The position numbers were made by a program, and so were the translations under genes. A stretch of DNA of 64,000 nucleotides, from the NCBI GenBank assembly GCA_016840085.1, contig JAEOTA010000073.1, forward strand, positions 1 through 64,000, given 5' to 3'. Below, piece after piece: positions 9,719 through 19,927 of this stretch. This DNA is from Promethearchaeota archaeon. GTDB lineage: Archaea; Asgardarchaeota; Lokiarchaeia; Sigyniarchaeales; SOKP01. The notes under the pieces are model-generated. The model was not told the origin of the DNA, did no database searches, and saw only the letters and a program-made list of their open reading frames with translations. How positions within the stretch are numbered: the first letter of the stretch is position 1; each line of letters begins with the position of its first letter.

Positions 9719-10441
9719 CTATTTTGTTTTAAATTTATTTAATTTTTGACATAAAATTTTTATACTAAATGCCTTACCATGAGACGGAAATATTATTTTT
9801 CCTCCAAGGTCAATGTATCTCTCCCAACTTTCAAATATTAGTTTTAAATTTTGCACAAAAATAGGTCTTTTCTTAATACTGAGAATATTAAAATACCATG
9901 CATTCATAGCATTATCACCAGGAAAAACGGAACCATCTACTAAAATTATCGAAATACCATCTTTAGTATGACCTGGTGTATGAATTATTAGGCCGTTCAA
10001 CCCCAAATCTTTTAAAACGTCTTTATTATCATGTGAACCTTTAAGAATAATATCATCTTCACGTAGGATTACTGGAGGATATTTAAATTCATGAAACTGA
10101 TTAAAAAGTCGAAAAATAAATTTTATCCTTCGATTAAGTGATACCGAATCTATTTCTGAAATCCCTAATTTTAATCTCTCAAGGGCATTTTCATGGACAA
10201 TTAAAGTAGCTCCAGAATCTTTTAATAATTTAGCAGCAAATCCGGCATGATCATCATGATGATGAGTTAGAATCAAAAATTTTATATCACCGATATCAAT
10301 GTGATGCTTCTTTTTTAATTTGTTAATAAATTTATCATAATTATTAGGATATCCAGTATCAATTAGCAGATATCCATCATTACATTTTATTAGATAACAC
10401 TTAGTAAAACCTACTTTTACAAATTTATGCTTATTCTTCAT
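9719..10441 (-). CDS. MBL-fold metallo-hydrolase (glyoxalase II-like)
   Basis: LLIDTG, LTHHHDDHAG, HTPGHT, GD, PSHG. Confidence 0.9.
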   Translation of the reverse strand: MKNKHKFVKVGFTKCYLIKCNDGYLLIDTGYPNNYDKFINKLKKKHHIDIGDIKFLILTHHHDDHAGFAAKLLKDSGATLIVHENALERLKLGISEIDSVSLNRRIKFIFRLFNQFHEFKYPPVILREDDIILKGSHDNKDVLKDLGLNGLIIHTPGHTKDGISIILVDGSVFPGDNAMNAWYFNILSIKKRPIFVQNLKLIFESWERYIDLGGKIIFPSHGKAFSIKILCQKLNKFKTK

Positions 10442-10480
10442 TTTTATGTTCTAGTCTTTAACTAAACGTTATTAACATCA

Positions 10481-10894
10481 TTAAGAATCGTTTTTCTTAT
10501 CAAAAAAATATAAAACAGATACTGTTGACCATATTAGGGAACTTACTGCCCAAATTATTTCTGAAAAAACAAATTCAAAATATCCTATAATGATGTAAAC
10601 TATCTGAAGGATCGTAAATATAATTCCTGCTGGAATAGCCAAAATTAATAAAATTTTATATTTTTCAGTATTCTTATAAAGAAGAATAAATCCTATTCCA
10701 TTATATATAAACATCCAAATCCAGAAAAAATTAATCATAGCTCTAGCACGATCTGAGAATGGCTTTGTTCCTGTAAGTGATGCAAGTAAGGGTCCAAAAA
10801 ACATCATAAAAATTGAAATAAATATAAAAACAATCCCAAAAAATAACCATATTTTTTTCCATATTCGTTCAGATACCATAATTATGGGGGACAT
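10481..10894 (-). CDS. Hypothetical membrane protein (about 4 TM)
   Basis: Hydrophobic segments; tightly packed in a minus-strand gene run. Confidence 0.75.
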   Translation of the reverse strand: MSPIIMVSERIWKKIWLFFGIVFIFISIFMMFFGPLLASLTGTKPFSDRARAMINFFWIWMFIYNGIGFILLYKNTEKYKILLILAIPAGIIFTILQIVYIIIGYFEFVFSEIIWAVSSLIWSTVSVLYFFDKKNDS

Positions 10895-10898
10895 CCTT

Positions 10899-11396
10899 TT
10901 ACTTTTTAAATGGATTTGGAATCCATTTTGGCACTTTTGCTTTATATTCTAAATATTCATTACCAAATAGATTTTCGAGAATTTTCTCTTCGAAATTAAC
11001 CATCCAGTTATATACTAAAAATATTATAATAAAGAAGCCTATACTAATTAATGATATGGACAAAAAGATAAATGCTATATAAATCAATAAAATCCCCAAA
11101 TACATTGGGTTCCTTACATATCCAAGAACTCCAGTAGTAATCAAAGAATTTGGTGGTTGATGCGATTTAAATAAAGCTCGATGAGATAAAAATATAAAAG
11201 TAAGAGCAATGATAAAAATTACGATAAAAATTATTAAGCGAAATTCAAAAAGCACAAAATCGTTTAAAAAAGTTGAAATGCAATATATACTTGAATCTAA
11301 AATCCATATTAACACAAATGCTACTGGTAATATAGCATGAAATATATGAGCGTTAGGAAGTTCTCTTTCATGACCCTCATGTCTCTTTACTTTCAT
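10899..11396 (-). CDS. ICMT/PEMT-family integral membrane methyltransferase
   Basis: LITTGVLGYVRNPMYLG, EEKIL..LFG.EY.EYK.KVPKW. Confidence 0.88.
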   Translation of the reverse strand: MKVKRHEGHERELPNAHIFHAILPVAFVLIWILDSSIYCISTFLNDFVLFEFRLIIFIVIFIIALTFIFLSHRALFKSHQPPNSLITTGVLGYVRNPMYLGILLIYIAFIFLSISLISIGFFIIIFLVYNWMVNFEEKILENLFGNEYLEYKAKVPKWIPNPFKK

Positions 11397-11482
11397 TTTA
11401 AATCAACTATTTCTTAAAGTTTTATATTTGTGATTTTATCCTTTTTATTTAATTTTTATATAGTCCAATTTTTCATACTTTT

Positions 11483-12124
11483 TTATACTTTCTTCATACC
11501 TATTGCTGTTATCCAGCCTTTTTTATGTTCTTCAAATATTTGGATATTGGAAAATCCCGCTTTATTCAAGAATTCTCTGTACTCGTCTGGAGTATGAATG
11601 GGAAAATTTCCTAATTTTGACCATTTTTCAGCTTTTTTCCTTTTCTTTTCATTATTACATATATATCCTTCATTAACTAAGATCAAGTACCCATTTGGTT
11701 TAAGAACTCTATAAATTTCTTTTAGATCTCTTATTAAATCTGGCCAGAAGTAATATGCTTCAAAACCACTTATTAAATTAAAATAATTATCCTTAAAAGG
11801 TAAAGAAGATACGGAACCTTGGTATATTTCTACAATTCCATTTTCAATATGTTTCTTATTTATTTTCGTGCTTATATAAATAGCCGTTTCTGAATAATCA
11901 ATTCCATAAACCTTTCCATCTTTTATAATTTCGGCAAAACATTTTATATTTCCTCCACCACCGCATCCAATATCTAGAATAACGTAATTTGGTTCTATTA
12001 AAAAATTTGATAAACCCCATTTTGCTAACTTTGCATGTCCTTTATTCATTCCTGTTGCTATTACTCTTCCTAGTTTACCATTAGGTTTTCTTACTTGATT
12101 TAATAATGTTTGTTTGAGACCCAT
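11483..12124 (-). CDS. Class I SAM-dependent methyltransferase
   Basis: ILDIGCGGG, SLPF, YYFWPD, RVLKPNG. Confidence 0.9.
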   Translation of the reverse strand: MGLKQTLLNQVRKPNGKLGRVIATGMNKGHAKLAKWGLSNFLIEPNYVILDIGCGGGGNIKCFAEIIKDGKVYGIDYSETAIYISTKINKKHIENGIVEIYQGSVSSLPFKDNYFNLISGFEAYYFWPDLIRDLKEIYRVLKPNGYLILVNEGYICNNEKKRKKAEKWSKLGNFPIHTPDEYREFLNKAGFSNIQIFEEHKKGWITAIGMKKV

Positions 12125-12165
12125 TTTTTCATCCTTTGATTAAAATCCTATTCAATTTTGTAAAT

Positions 12166-12930
12166 CTATTTAATTCCACTTAATAATCCCATAGTTTTCA
12201 ATTCAAATTTTAAGAAATTAGGCATTGGTATCTCGTCAGCAGTTTCAATAAAATTAACCTCCTGAACACCCCATTCCTTAATCTGTCTTATTAAATCTTC
12301 AACAGTTCCAAATTTTTTTTGATTTTTTAATGTATCTTGTAAAGAAAATGCTCCTCCTTTTTTTAGAACACGGAAGGACTCATTCATAAGTTTTTTCTTA
12401 TCTTTAATATCTCGAACTTCATGATATACAAAATTGCTTACAATAGCATCAAATTCACCATCTTTAAAAGGCATTTTAGAAGCACTAGCTTTTTGAAATA
12501 CAACTTGATTTGCAACCCCTTCGATTCTGGCATTTTTTTCGCACTTTTGTTTAGAGTAATTCCATAATTTTCCCCAATAATCAATTCCCCACACAATGGA
12601 TCGAGGAAATTTTTTCGCAAGCTCTATTGCTAATGCTCCAGCTCCAGTGCCAATATCGAGTGCTTTTCCCTGCCCATTCCAAGGTAAGTTCTGAATCACT
12701 AAATTCCAAACCTTATATTGTAACCTTTTATTATGTGCTGAGAAGTGATAATATAAATACATTAAAAAACCAAAAGGCAATAAAAGCAATCCTGCTATTA
12801 CCCATAATATTATTCTAACAAATAGAAATATTGGGAATAAGGAGGGTATTAAAAGGATTAAAATTAGGCTTAGTATAGCATAAAATAAATTTAAGGGTAC
12901 CCAATTTCCATAATTTGCTGTTTCTTTAAT
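12166..12930 (-). CDS. Class I SAM-dependent methyltransferase with N-terminal TM helices; probable ATT start at 12930
   Basis: ALDIGTGAG, GIDYWG, VSNFVYHEV, RVLKKGG. The in-frame upstream extension KETANYGNWVP plus TM helices follows SD GGTGG. Confidence 0.85.
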   Translation of the reverse strand: MKETANYGNWVPLNLFYAILSLILILLIPSLFPIFLFVRIILWVIAGLLLLPFGFLMYLYYHFSAHNKRLQYKVWNLVIQNLPWNGQGKALDIGTGAGALAIELAKKFPRSIVWGIDYWGKLWNYSKQKCEKNARIEGVANQVVFQKASASKMPFKDGEFDAIVSNFVYHEVRDIKDKKKLMNESFRVLKKGGAFSLQDTLKNQKKFGTVEDLIRQIKEWGVQEVNFIETADEIPMPNFLKFELKTMGLLSGIK

Positions 12931-12963
12931 ATTTTTCCACCAATTGTTTTTTTTCTTTATACA

Positions 12964-13611
12964 TTACAGTTTTTTTCCAATTACTATAGCTTTTTCTATA
13001 ATCTTTCCTACTTTCTTCCTTCTAAACTTAAATAAGGAATCCGTAACGATTAACGTCTCTATTATTGTTCCTTTTAATTTTCTTATGTATATTTTTAATG
13101 ATTTTAAGGTATTTTTAATATCATTCATCAAATGTTTAAAGGGAATTGTGGCTGAGATTATAATGATAAACTTCTTTTGTCCGAAATCAGTTCGTGGGCC
13201 AAACTTTTTCATGGCTCTTAATGCTACTTTCAATTTCTTCCAAGTTGGTAATTCATGAGCTTTATCTAAATCAGGTGGTAGATACATTGCATATCCCGTA
13301 TGCCTATCAAAAAAAGTTTTCATTATCCCTGAAACATTCCCCCAATAGACAGGGGTTCCTAAAATAATAATTTCTGCTTCTTTAACTTTTTCAAATATAT
13401 GTTCAAAATCGTCATTTTTAAAACATTTTCCTAATTTCGAGCAACTCCAACAACCAATGCATTCTTCTATATTAAAGTCATACAAATTAATCAATTCTGT
13501 TTCATGATCATTATCTCTTGCCCCTTTTAAGATATTCTTCGCTATAGTACTAACTATTCCATTTTTACGTTGGGTACCAATAATTGAAAGAATTTTTTTT
13601 TTATTTGTCAT
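12964..13611 (-). CDS. Iron-sulfur flavoprotein / NADPH-dependent FMN reductase family
   Basis: CIGCWSC.....C, LGTPVYWGNVSG.MKTFFDR. Confidence 0.88.
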   Translation of the reverse strand: MTNKKKILSIIGTQRKNGIVSTIAKNILKGARDNDHETELINLYDFNIEECIGCWSCSKLGKCFKNDDFEHIFEKVKEAEIIILGTPVYWGNVSGIMKTFFDRHTGYAMYLPPDLDKAHELPTWKKLKVALRAMKKFGPRTDFGQKKFIIIISATIPFKHLMNDIKNTLKSLKIYIRKLKGTIIETLIVTDSLFKFRRKKVGKIIEKAIVIGKKL

Positions 13612-13625
13612 CCTTTTTTATTCTG

Positions 13626-14189
13626 TTAAAAAAATAAGAAATACCTTGGCACTTGCTTTTTATATTCTAAGTATGATTCTCCATATTGTTCAGTTAAAGC
13701 CTTTTCTTCTCCGAGAATGCTAAAGTGAGCACATATCATAGCAATACATAAAAATATCAAATTAATCCAAGAACCGATTACTAACACCATCCCTGCAAAC
13801 ATCAAATAGAGCATTATTAGTTGAGGATTACGAGATACTTTAAACAATCTTCGAGTTATTGGCTTATTTAATGGAGCATTTCGATAATTTAAAACAGCAA
13901 TAACTAACCCTGTTAAACCACTCAAATATAGTACTGTCCCTATAATGAATTCAACTGTTCCAATTTGTAAAGTTGCTAAGAAAATCATGATAATATTGGC
14001 AAATGAAAACAATTTACCAATAGCAGTAATTGTTTTTGTTTTTTTATCCCATAAAGATCTATCATATAACCGTTTTTTTACATCTTTCGAACAGGTACTC
14101 ATGACAATCATAAAGACTATTAAATAACACACGAAATAAATCCATCCGTTAAGTAATCCAAATTTCATTTCTGGAATTAAATCCATCAT
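13626..14189 (-). CDS. ICMT/PEMT-family membrane methyltransferase
   Basis: SRNPQ, ILGEEK.L.EQYGESYLEYKKQVPRYF. Confidence 0.85.
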   Translation of the reverse strand: MMDLIPEMKFGLLNGWIYFVCYLIVFMIVMSTCSKDVKKRLYDRSLWDKKTKTITAIGKLFSFANIIMIFLATLQIGTVEFIIGTVLYLSGLTGLVIAVLNYRNAPLNKPITRRLFKVSRNPQLIMLYLMFAGMVLVIGSWINLIFLCIAMICAHFSILGEEKALTEQYGESYLEYKKQVPRYFLFF

Positions 14190-14608
14190 AAATCATTTAA
14201 TTAAATTTTTTTTAATTATTGATAAATTATCTTCATATTTAAATTTAGGCATAACTAATTTGTTTCAATTAATATCATAAGAAAAATAAGATATATATAA
14301 TTTTATTTTACTTAAAGAATATTTAATGGAAATTTAATTTTTCTTTAATAAATTTTATATTGAATTTATTATTACAGACTTTTTAATAATAAGATTGAGA
14401 GATAGATGATATAGTAAAATAAAGGATATATAATTAGAATTATTATAATAATTGGAACATTCTTACAATCGGATTTGGTTCCTGAAGTTATCATTATAAT
14501 GTTAGCAATATTTCTAATAGTAGTATTACTATTTATTATACCAACGATTCTAGTTTTTTTAAGTGGCTTATGTAAATTTTAATCAAATTGATCTATATGG
14601 ATGAATAA

Positions 14609-15169
14609 ATGAATTTAGAACAAGCAAAAAAGATTTTAGGAGAAGAATTTAGGAGAGATGCTGATTTTTTGAGTTCAATAGTACAAAAACTTGGATTACC
14701 TATAAATTCAAAGGTGTTAGATGTTGGTACAGGACGAGCTCATATGGCAATGATTCTTGCCCTAAATGGTTATAAAGTTATTACAGGTCAGCCTAGCGAC
14801 GTGTATTGGGCGGATTGGAGGGTATCTGCTAAAAAAGTGGGTGTTGAGGAAATGATTACCTTCAAACCATTTAATGCTGAAAAACTCCCTTTTAATGAAG
14901 ATTCTTTTGATGCAATTTTTCTCTATACAACATTCCATCATATCGATAATAAGGAGCGTGCATTCAATGAATTAGTAAATGTTGTGAAATCTAAAGGGAT
15001 TATAGTAATAATTGAATTGACAGAAAAAGGTGTTGAATTAGTAAGAAAAAGATATAGATCTCATCAGGATGCTGTTGATCCTCGAGACTATACAAAAGGT
15101 TTAGGACTTAAAGTAGATGTTGTAGAAAGTAAGCATTTAAATGCTTATATTTACAAAAAAATAAAGTAG
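14609..15169 (+). CDS. Class I SAM-dependent methyltransferase
   Basis: VLDVGTGRA, AEKLPF..DSFD, FHHI. Confidence 0.88.
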   Translation: MNLEQAKKILGEEFRRDADFLSSIVQKLGLPINSKVLDVGTGRAHMAMILALNGYKVITGQPSDVYWADWRVSAKKVGVEEMITFKPFNAEKLPFNEDSFDAIFLYTTFHHIDNKERAFNELVNVVKSKGIIVIIELTEKGVELVRKRYRSHQDAVDPRDYTKGLGLKVDVVESKHLNAYIYKKIK

Positions 15170-15198
15170 ATTAAAAAAAAAGATTCAATTAGAATTTA

Positions 15199-15675
15199 CT
15201 AATTACTACTTATTTCCTGAATAAATGAATTGATTTTTTCAATATGATTATCATTTTTAATCTCTTTTTTTGTGATTTCTAAGGTAGATAATGGTTCTTT
15301 CTCACATAATTTAGCGATCTGTTCAAACAATTCAGGTCCACCTCTACCACCTTCTGTACAGAAAAGAGCAACATTTTTAAATTTAGTTTTATTGTCAGAT
15401 ATGTACGTTCTTATAGCAGGCGTCATCCTACTGCCCCAATTAGGAGTTCCTAGAATTATTAGATCATATAATTCAGGATTTTTTTGAGTCTCGTGTAATT
15501 TTGTCATTTTTTCTCTCATTGCATCATATCCACACTTAAGAAAGCCAATAATAAATCCAGTTCGTTTCTTAGTGTCAATTAATTCTTCATATTCACAGTT
15601 TAAACTGTTAGAAACTAACTCGGCAATTTTTTTAGTCGTACCCTTCCTTGAATAAAAAACTAGTAATGAATTCAT
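15199..15675 (-). CDS. Flavodoxin family protein
   Basis: VFYSRKGTTKKIA, YDLIILGTPNW, ALFCTEGG; ATG at 15675 preferred over the upstream TTG. Confidence 0.88.
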   Translation of the reverse strand: MNSLLVFYSRKGTTKKIAELVSNSLNCEYEELIDTKKRTGFIIGFLKCGYDAMREKMTKLHETQKNPELYDLIILGTPNWGSRMTPAIRTYISDNKTKFKNVALFCTEGGRGGPELFEQIAKLCEKEPLSTLEITKKEIKNDNHIEKINSFIQEISSN

Positions 15676-15854
15676 AATTAACAATTGAAAGTATCAAAGA
15701 AAATTAAAAGTTTTTCTCTACACTTTTAATTAATTACTGTTTTTTTCTATTTTTTAGTGAGTGAATACATTTAAATACGTGAAAAAAAAATCTAAACTTA
15801 ACATATAATTTTATTCAAAAGAGTAATCCAATTATTCAATATAGGTGTTAATAT

Positions 15855-17747
15855 TTGAATAAAGGTTTAAAAATATTTCTAATAATAATAATCATTATTG
15901 TACTCGTTGGCGCTGGTTTATTTATATACTTTATGTTCTTGCAACCAGAACAAAAACGTCCAGAACCTAACACATATGCAGAGAATTCTGATATAGACTT
16001 TCTTGATTATGCCATAATGTTTACAAAGGGTAATATTATACTTGAAGACTCTTTTAATATTTCAAATGGGAAACTGAATGGTTACAAGGTCATCAATTCG
16101 ACTATTAATATAAATTGTTCAATTAATAATGAAACTCGGGTTAATTCAATTTCTCTATATAATAAAGTACAAGTAACTATCAGAAATATCAATGAAACTG
16201 ATCTTACAATTTTTTTATACGATTATAGTTCTCTTACACTCGAAAATTGCATTTTTTATGACCTATGGATTCTTGATTATAGCTCCGTCATTATAAGAAA
16301 TTCTACAATTGGTTCTATAAATGTTGGTTCACCTCTTGGAGATTCAGGAGTATACAATTACGAAACTTCAGTCTCAATTAGCAATTCTACTATTACTGAG
16401 ATTGATATACGCGAAGGATGCGATTTGTTAATAAAGAATTGTACATTCTTAGGGTATTGGTCACTCACTATTAAGACATCTTCACCGATCACACGCGTGA
16501 TTGGAAATATAGAAAATTCTACTTTATGGATTGCAGACGTAAAGGGATATGCTAATTTAAAATTCTATGGATCTACACTCTATGGTTTATACTTATATGA
16601 TATGGCACACGTAACGCTGATTCAGAGTAAAATAACAGCTTATTTTCGATATGGAATTGTAGCGTATTCAGGAACTACGAATATTGTTGAAGGGATTGTC
16701 ACTGGTTCAGGTTATCATAATAATACAAAATTAATTAATTCGGATGTACCTACTCCTTTATTAATTTCAGTAGCAGCAAACAGTTCTGCGGTTGTTAATA
16801 TGAATAATTATTCATGTTCGGTTTATCTTCACCATACTTCAAGCGCAAATATCGTGAATGTCCCAGATGACTATTATTTCCCAGATTTTTATGGAAGATT
16901 AATGGATTCTTCTACATTAACTATAGAAAATGCTAACTTAGACTGGGGAGATTTAGATTGTATGGATAATAGTGAGGTAGTTATGAGAAACTCTAGATTG
17001 TTTGGTATCTACTGCGATACTTCAAACACAATAACTATTGATGATAGTAGTATTTATGGTATTCTTACCTATTCTGTATATTCCTACTTAACAAACATAG
17101 CCGTAGACGATATCCACATCACCAATTCAACAATACAATATTTATATACTGGTGGAAGGGATGTGCTATACGTAGAAAATTGCACCATTTACTATTTATA
17201 TGAAGGTGTAAATGTTTATTCTGGGTCATTGACATTGGATTCTGAAGGTTTTTCCGGAACTGGTAACTATAAAAATTCCACAACACTTATAGACACTGAC
17301 ATTATCCATTCAAAGTATTTGAGGTATATAGAGATAAGTGGAAGTGCTCAATTAAAAGTTCAAGACAATATTGAAGATCTCGATTTCTTCTGTCAGGATA
17401 ACGCGGAGCTTATATGTAAAAATTCAACTATTGATGACATCGTTAGTCAGGATGCCTCCATCTTAACAGTTAAGAACTGTACGATTGATCAAATTAACCT
17501 TATGGATGATTCTATTCTTAATATTACCGATAGTTATTTGTGGTGGGTAATTGGAACAAAAGGAAACTCTATTGCATCCATTACAAATGTCACACTTTAT
17601 GGAATCGTTATTTATGAATCTTCCAGAGTCACGGTCTTAGATTCAATTCTAATATATATTAGTGTTCTTGGGTCGAATGTTAAAGATTACGCAGTTAAAA
17701 TCTATGACTCCAAAGTAGAGTATTTAGCTACATATACTTGGAGTTAA
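15855..17747 (+). CDS. Membrane-anchored beta-solenoid (right-handed beta-helix-like) surface protein
   Basis: N-terminal TM, then many ~20-aa repeats of the type S-x-[LV]-x-I-x-N-[SC]-T-I-x-x-[LI]-x-x-x-D, rich in N-x-S/T sequons; TTG start after AGGTG. Confidence 0.7.
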   Translation: MNKGLKIFLIIIIIIVLVGAGLFIYFMFLQPEQKRPEPNTYAENSDIDFLDYAIMFTKGNIILEDSFNISNGKLNGYKVINSTININCSINNETRVNSISLYNKVQVTIRNINETDLTIFLYDYSSLTLENCIFYDLWILDYSSVIIRNSTIGSINVGSPLGDSGVYNYETSVSISNSTITEIDIREGCDLLIKNCTFLGYWSLTIKTSSPITRVIGNIENSTLWIADVKGYANLKFYGSTLYGLYLYDMAHVTLIQSKITAYFRYGIVAYSGTTNIVEGIVTGSGYHNNTKLINSDVPTPLLISVAANSSAVVNMNNYSCSVYLHHTSSANIVNVPDDYYFPDFYGRLMDSSTLTIENANLDWGDLDCMDNSEVVMRNSRLFGIYCDTSNTITIDDSSIYGILTYSVYSYLTNIAVDDIHITNSTIQYLYTGGRDVLYVENCTIYYLYEGVNVYSGSLTLDSEGFSGTGNYKNSTTLIDTDIIHSKYLRYIEISGSAQLKVQDNIEDLDFFCQDNAELICKNSTIDDIVSQDASILTVKNCTIDQINLMDDSILNITDSYLWWVIGTKGNSIASITNVTLYGIVIYESSRVTVLDSILIYISVLGSNVKDYAVKIYDSKVEYLATYTWS

Positions 17748-17757
17748 TAAATCTTTA

Positions 17758-17768
17758 TTTTTTTTTTT
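17758..17768 (+). terminator. Archaeal oligo-T terminator
   Basis: T11 run just after the stop at 17747. Confidence 0.55.
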
Positions 17769-17997
17769 AATTTTAATGTATATAATTGTTTAAGAATATC
17801 TAACGATAAAAGACATGTATTTGAATTAACTAATCATTTTGTCTCTTTTTATCATAGTGAAAAGAATAGAATGATAATCTATAAGAGAAAAATTTAATAT
17901 AAATATTTGAAAAACAAGTTCATACTAAACAATTTGAATTATCTAAATTAAAATCTAGAATATATGATTTTTATTATAACAAAAGAGGGATTAAAAA

Positions 17998-19902
17998 ATG
18001 GAAGGAGAAAGACTTTCATATCATAAATCTGTTCAAAAAGTATATGAAAGGATAAAAAAAGATGGCATGATTAATATATGGGATCGTTTTGAAGCCCAAG
18101 GATTTGGTGGAGATCCAGATAAACGATGCCCTTTTTGCTTGAAGGGTGCTCGCTGTGATTTATGTTCAAATGGTCCTTGTAGGGCAGATTCTTCTATTGA
18201 TAAGAGGGGTGTATGTGGGATTACAGCTGATGGCATGGCAATGCGAATGATGCTCCTTAGAAATGTATTGGGAGCCTCTACGTATCATTATCATACTGAA
18301 ACAACTCTAAAAACATTAAAAGCAACTATAGAAGGAAAAACTCCTTTTAAGATCTCAGAACCTGGAAAACTTAGAAGTTTTACTGAGCGACTTGGATTAG
18401 ATACATCAGGATCAGATAATGATATAGCGCTACGATTGTATAATTTTGCTAAAGAAGATGTCAATAGGCCCTACGATGAACCCAGTAAAATTGTAGCAAA
18501 ATTAGCTCCTCCAGAAAGACAAGAAGTATGGAAAAAGCTACGCATATATCCCGGTGGATTATATGGTGAAATGATGTTTTCAACAAGCTCTTGTCTTACT
18601 AATGTGGATGGTTATTATGCAAGTTTAGCCCTTAAAGCAATGAGACTCGGTATTGCAATGGCTTATCAGAGCCAAATAGTAAATGAATTCGTCCAAGATA
18701 TTCTATTTAATATACCAAGACCTCATAAAATGCGTGTCGATCTTGGCGTTTTAGATCCTGATTATGTCAATGTGATTCCAAATGGCCATGAACCATTCTT
18801 AGGATTTGCAATGGTTCAATTAGCAAGAAAACCAGAATGGCAAGAAAAGGCTAAATCTGTAGGTGCTAAAGGGTTAAGAATAATTGCAAATATTGAAACT
18901 GGGCAAGAGATGATACAGAGATGGGAGATGGATGATGTTTTTTATGGTTTTACAGGAAATTGGATAATGCAAGAGGCAATTCTGGCGAGCGGTTGTATTG
19001 ATGCATTCGTTTGCGATATGAATTGTTCAATGCCAATTGATCCACTCTATGCCGAAAAATATAAATTCAAATTGATACCTGTATCTGAAGTTGTTGCTTT
19101 TGAAGGAATAACTGAGAGAGTAGATTATATTCCTGAAAAAGCCGAAGAACAAGCAGCCAAACTGCTTCAAATGGCAATTGATAACTTTAAAGAAAGACGA
19201 GCAAGTATTGAACCAGTAACGGGTCTTGATATGAATGAAGCTGTTGTTGGATTTTCTACTGAAAGCATTCTTGAAGCTCTTGGAGGAAGTTTAGAACCAC
19301 TTTTAGATGCAATCAAAAATGGATCTATAAGAGGTGTTGCTGGATTAGTATCATGCACTTCTCTTAGAGATTATGGTCAAGATGTTCATACAGTCAATAT
19401 TGCTAAGGAATTAATTAAAAGAGATGTTTTAGTATTATCTTTGGGGTGCGGTAATGGGGGACTACAAGTAGCAGGTCTCTGTAGCCCTGAAGCAAAAGAA
19501 TTAGCGGGTTCGGGATTGAAAACTGTTTGTGAAAAATTAGGCATACCTCCGGTTCTAAGTTATGGTACCTGTACAGATACAGGACGATTGGCAGATCTTG
19601 TAGGCGCTATATCCGCTGCTTTAGGAGATGTCGCGATACCTGATTTACCCGTGGTTGCAGTTGCTCCAGAGTATATGGAACAAAAAGCCACTATTGATGC
19701 GATATTTGCGTTAGCTTTTGGATTATATACATATGTAAATCCAGTACCAACAATTACAGGAGGTTTAGATTTAGTCAAATTACTAACTGTAGATTGTAAA
19801 GATATTACTGGAGGGATTTTGCATGTAGAAACAGATACCAAAGAAGCTGTCGATGCAATGATGGAACACATTGAAAAAAATAGAAATAAACTTGGCATAT
19901 AA
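17998..19902 (+). CDS. cooS: CooS-like carbon monoxide dehydrogenase homolog, non-canonical (clade D / CooS-V-like)
   Basis: CPFC...CDLCSNGPC...GVCG; YHYH in place of HxxH; GHEP; NIETGQE in place of CCT.NE; DMNC; VSC; LGC; GTCTD; EQKA. Confidence 0.88.
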   Translation: MEGERLSYHKSVQKVYERIKKDGMINIWDRFEAQGFGGDPDKRCPFCLKGARCDLCSNGPCRADSSIDKRGVCGITADGMAMRMMLLRNVLGASTYHYHTETTLKTLKATIEGKTPFKISEPGKLRSFTERLGLDTSGSDNDIALRLYNFAKEDVNRPYDEPSKIVAKLAPPERQEVWKKLRIYPGGLYGEMMFSTSSCLTNVDGYYASLALKAMRLGIAMAYQSQIVNEFVQDILFNIPRPHKMRVDLGVLDPDYVNVIPNGHEPFLGFAMVQLARKPEWQEKAKSVGAKGLRIIANIETGQEMIQRWEMDDVFYGFTGNWIMQEAILASGCIDAFVCDMNCSMPIDPLYAEKYKFKLIPVSEVVAFEGITERVDYIPEKAEEQAAKLLQMAIDNFKERRASIEPVTGLDMNEAVVGFSTESILEALGGSLEPLLDAIKNGSIRGVAGLVSCTSLRDYGQDVHTVNIAKELIKRDVLVLSLGCGNGGLQVAGLCSPEAKELAGSGLKTVCEKLGIPPVLSYGTCTDTGRLADLVGAISAALGDVAIPDLPVVAVAPEYMEQKATIDAIFALAFGLYTYVNPVPTITGGLDLVKLLTVDCKDITGGILHVETDTKEAVDAMMEHIEKNRNKLGI

Positions 19903-19927
19903 TTTCTATTATTTTTAAATAATATCA

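Noticed and set aside
14418-14582. Hydrophobic startless frame (…IIIMLAIFLIVVLLFIIPTILVFLSGLCKF*)
   Set aside because: No convincing start or homology; AT-rich DNA readily gives such frames.
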